Assembly: GCA_037447435.1 (NCBI GenBank) | Contig: JBBIGR010000064.1 | Coordinates: 1 to 19,633 of the forward strand | DNA length: 19,633 nt | Source: Fibrobacteria bacterium | Lineage (GTDB): Bacteria; Fibrobacterota; Chitinivibrionia; Chitinivibrionales; FEN-1185 | Reading direction: 5' to 3' | The notes under the pieces: model-generated | The model's input: only the letters and a program-made list of their open reading frames with translations | Told to the model about the DNA's origin: nothing | The model's database searches: none | Shown: positions 17,652 through 19,633 of the stretch, piece by piece | How the letters are laid out: each line of letters starts with the position of its first letter | Numbering within the stretch: the stretch's first letter is position 1 | Made by a program: the position numbers and the translations under genes

Positions 17652-18641
17652 ATGGTTTTCCTGAGGCGTGCGACCCCAACCATTGTTGCCGCAATAGTTC
17701 TGGCTGCTCTCATAGGTTGCGAACATGGCCCAATGGGGCCCGAAGGTCCTGCTTTAAAAGGTACTCTTACCGGTTTCGCGGTTTTGGTAAATGCAAACGG
17801 CGATCAACCCGCTCGGAAAGACAGTGTCATGGTAATGATAGGCGACAGCCGATGGATAACCTATACCGATTCCACCGGCTATTGGAGCATTCCGTGGGTG
17901 GAAACCGGAATTTACGATATCGTTTTTATGAAAAACGGATATGCCGACAATAAACTGGTCCAGGTCCAATTTACCGGCGGTGGAAAAAAAGACGTCGGCA
18001 ATGTGTTCTTATGTCAAGTACCCGGATTTTCGGTGAAACAATTGTCGAAACTCACCCCGATCCGTACCGACAGTACGACCCTTCGTTTGGCCGTGCAATT
18101 GACCGATTCAACGATAACGGGGCCGTTTATGCCGTATCGGGTGTTTCTCTTTTTGGGAACCGATTCTTCGGTTTCCTCAGATCCGAATCATTACGTTTCG
18201 GAAATACTGTTTACAATGCAGTTTAAAAAAGGAGTCGACTCAAATACGATCAGGATCGCTCCGGCAACTTTTGCGACAAACGGGTTTGCCGCAGGCGACC
18301 AGGTTTACATTGCAGCGTATACCGCCAATGCGGGCAATAATAACAGTGCCTATCTCGATCCCGGTACCGGACGAATTATATACAATAATATCAATGGTAC
18401 CCGGTCCAACGTTCTAAAGGTTCTAGTCGCAAGCGACACCAGCGGCCCGGCAGGCAACGGGTATATAACCGGTTTTGTCGATTTAGTAAAGGTAAATGGC
18501 GGCCGGCCCCCGGTACGCGATAGCGTCACAGTGTCCATCGACAGTTCCGCTTTTAAAACCATGACCGATTCCAGTGGGGCGTGGACAATACCGAATCTCG
18601 GTGCCGGCACTTACGATTTTACTTTTTCAAAACCGGTATAA
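17652..18641 (+). pseudogene. Lipoprotein with tandem carboxypeptidase-regulatory-like (beta-sandwich) repeats, probably truncated by an insertion
   Basis: Lipobox LIGC. Repeat 1 is GTLTGFAVLV..NG..P..KDSV.V.I......TYTDSTGYWSIP.V..G.YDI.F.KNGY.... Repeat 2 is GYITGFVDLV..NG..P..RDSV.V.I......TMTDSSGAWTIP.L..G.YDF.F.KPV*, which stops mid-domain where the composition changes. Confidence 0.7.
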
Positions 18642-18644
18642 CGC

Positions 18645-18687
18645 GACGCGCAGTTTGATATTTTTGGACGCGCAGTTTAATATTTTT
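18645..18687. repeat. Two 21-bp direct repeats with a 22-bp period, putative transposase-binding sites
   Basis: GACGCGCAGTTTGATATTTTT (18645-18665) and GACGCGCAGTTTAATATTTTT (18667-18687), 20/21 identical. Confidence 0.85.
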
Positions 18688-18775
18688 TATTTTACTAATT
18701 TAACGATTTAAATAACGATTTTAAAATAGTTTAAAATGAATGATTATGAAGCTTTAACGTAACAATAAAGACATT

Positions 18776-19456
18776 TTAAACATTTTCAAAAACAATTTCG
18801 GAACAAGGCATTCGAAGATCGTTAAATATCCTTTGCAGGACATTGTCAGATTCAACGTTAGTTCCAATAACTTTTAAAACAAACATAGAATTAGATATAT
18901 CAGTTTGGTCGTAAATTGCACCGACATCGGCTGCACTAAAATCCGCACGAAACGGAGGGTAAAGATTATCAATAATTCTAATGAATGGTGCGCTAATATT
19001 AGGGTAAATATTATAATCAAGCGCCTTTGCGATAGTATAAAACTGAGCACGGTTTAAACCACCAGTGGCGGCCATACTGGCACAAACAGCATTTCGTCTT
19101 TTATATAACAAGTTTGATTCTGGAACAATACCATATATTTGTTCCCAAGCGGAAATAGTTCCATAATCACCATCGTCTGAGCATGTCCTAGGAGAAAGCT
19201 CATCTAATATTTTTAATGATTCATCTTGACATTGATCTAAGATTTTACCTTTAACTTGTAAGGAAATATCGGTATCAGGATTAATACTTTTAAAAGGAAG
19301 TAATTTACGCAAAACAAAATAATGACGAGGAAGAGAATTGCCGTCGTCATTATATAAATATCCGAACGATGAAAGACTAAGCGAATCTAAACCATAATTA
19401 AAATATAAATTCCCAAAAACACTAATATTTTCAGGTTTTAACGTGGAAGAAACCAC
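18776..19456 (-). CDS. DUF2313 / YmfQ / Mu gp48-like baseplate wedge protein
   Basis: L.KLLP...EL.P.T......I..WE..YGI......RR.AV......GG....FY..A.AL.Y...PFRA..S.AD...F..L.MP.S...F matches the YmfQ/gp48 pattern. GTG start with an AAGGG SD and AT-rich codon usage. Confidence 0.78.
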   Translation of the reverse strand: MVSSTLKPENISVFGNLYFNYGLDSLSLSSFGYLYNDDGNSLPRHYFVLRKLLPFKSINPDTDISLQVKGKILDQCQDESLKILDELSPRTCSDDGDYGTISAWEQIYGIVPESNLLYKRRNAVCASMAATGGLNRAQFYTIAKALDYNIYPNISAPFIRIIDNLYPPFRADFSAADVGAIYDQTDISNSMFVLKVIGTNVESDNVLQRIFNDLRMPCSEIVFENV

Positions 19457-19581
19457 TAAGATACCCTTTCACGCCCAGAGGAAGAAACAGAAACAACACT
19501 CAGCACTGTTTCATTATCCCTCTTGTAAAATGTTACGTCTCCAGGATTTGGAAAATCTTTTTTAAATCTCCCATTAGCCAT
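19456..19581 (-). CDS. Possible 41-aa small ORF coupled to the gp48-like gene
   Basis: MANGRFKKDFPNPGDVTFYKRDNETVLSVVSVSSSGRERVS*. Its TAG overlaps the downstream GTG by 1 nt (TAGTG). No recognisable homology. Confidence 0.25.
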   Translation of the reverse strand: MANGRFKKDFPNPGDVTFYKRDNETVLSVVSVSSSGRERVS

Positions 19582-19633
19582 CCCTCTCTGACTATATTAA
19601 TGAGACCATTTAATGCTCTGTGCTAAGTAACAC

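Larger units (their letters stand above)
18637..19633 (-). mobile_element. Terminus (probable right end) of a Mu-like transposable prophage or related element, continuing beyond the window
   Basis: Abrupt drop in GC content, tandem 22-bp-period repeats at the junction, an interrupted host gene, a flanking ACCGG fitting the Mu NYSRN target consensus, and a phage baseplate gene pointing toward the end. Confidence 0.7.

Noticed and set aside
674..17969. Many overlapping 60-250 aa ORFs (e.g. 1439..2071, 5276..6025, 6637..7341, 8887..9453, 13881..14615, 16807..17307)
   Set aside because: They lie antisense or out of frame within well-supported genes and have no recognisable motifs.
18645..18687. 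Direct repeats as a possible CRISPR array
   Set aside because: There are only two 21-bp copies separated by 1 nt, with no spacers and no cas genes.
19456..19633. Possible TAG stop-codon reassignment in the phage segment
   Set aside because: Reading through the TAGs quickly meets TAA stops and does not produce a long ORF. The gp48-like gene is intact in the standard code.

Overview
This is a bacterial chromosomal accessory region (by eye about 45-52% GC in host genes) that ends in the terminus of an AT-rich, probably Mu-like transposable prophage. From left to right it contains: a truncated DUF2225-like CxxC protein missed by the ORF track; a FIST-domain protein with a sensor-less double-REC hybrid kinase (NosP/NahK-like) behind a sigma70-type promoter whose -35 is straddled by a palindrome; an SRPBCC-DUF1761-DUF1801 operon; a PAS hybrid kinase; a divergent four-gene envelope operon (MltC-like lytic transglycosylase, LPP20-like lipoprotein, probably exported WD40-caspase, LPP20-like/DUF4384-like protein); a paralogous PAS hybrid kinase; an apparently leaderless DUF2089 + beta-solenoid operon; and a sigma54-type promoter driving a lipoprotein. 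The lipoprotein is cut off in its second repeat domain at about 18636/18637, by an element with tandem 22-bp-period end repeats and a terminal DUF2313/gp48-like baseplate gene. All family calls come from reading motifs by eye; no database searches were run.
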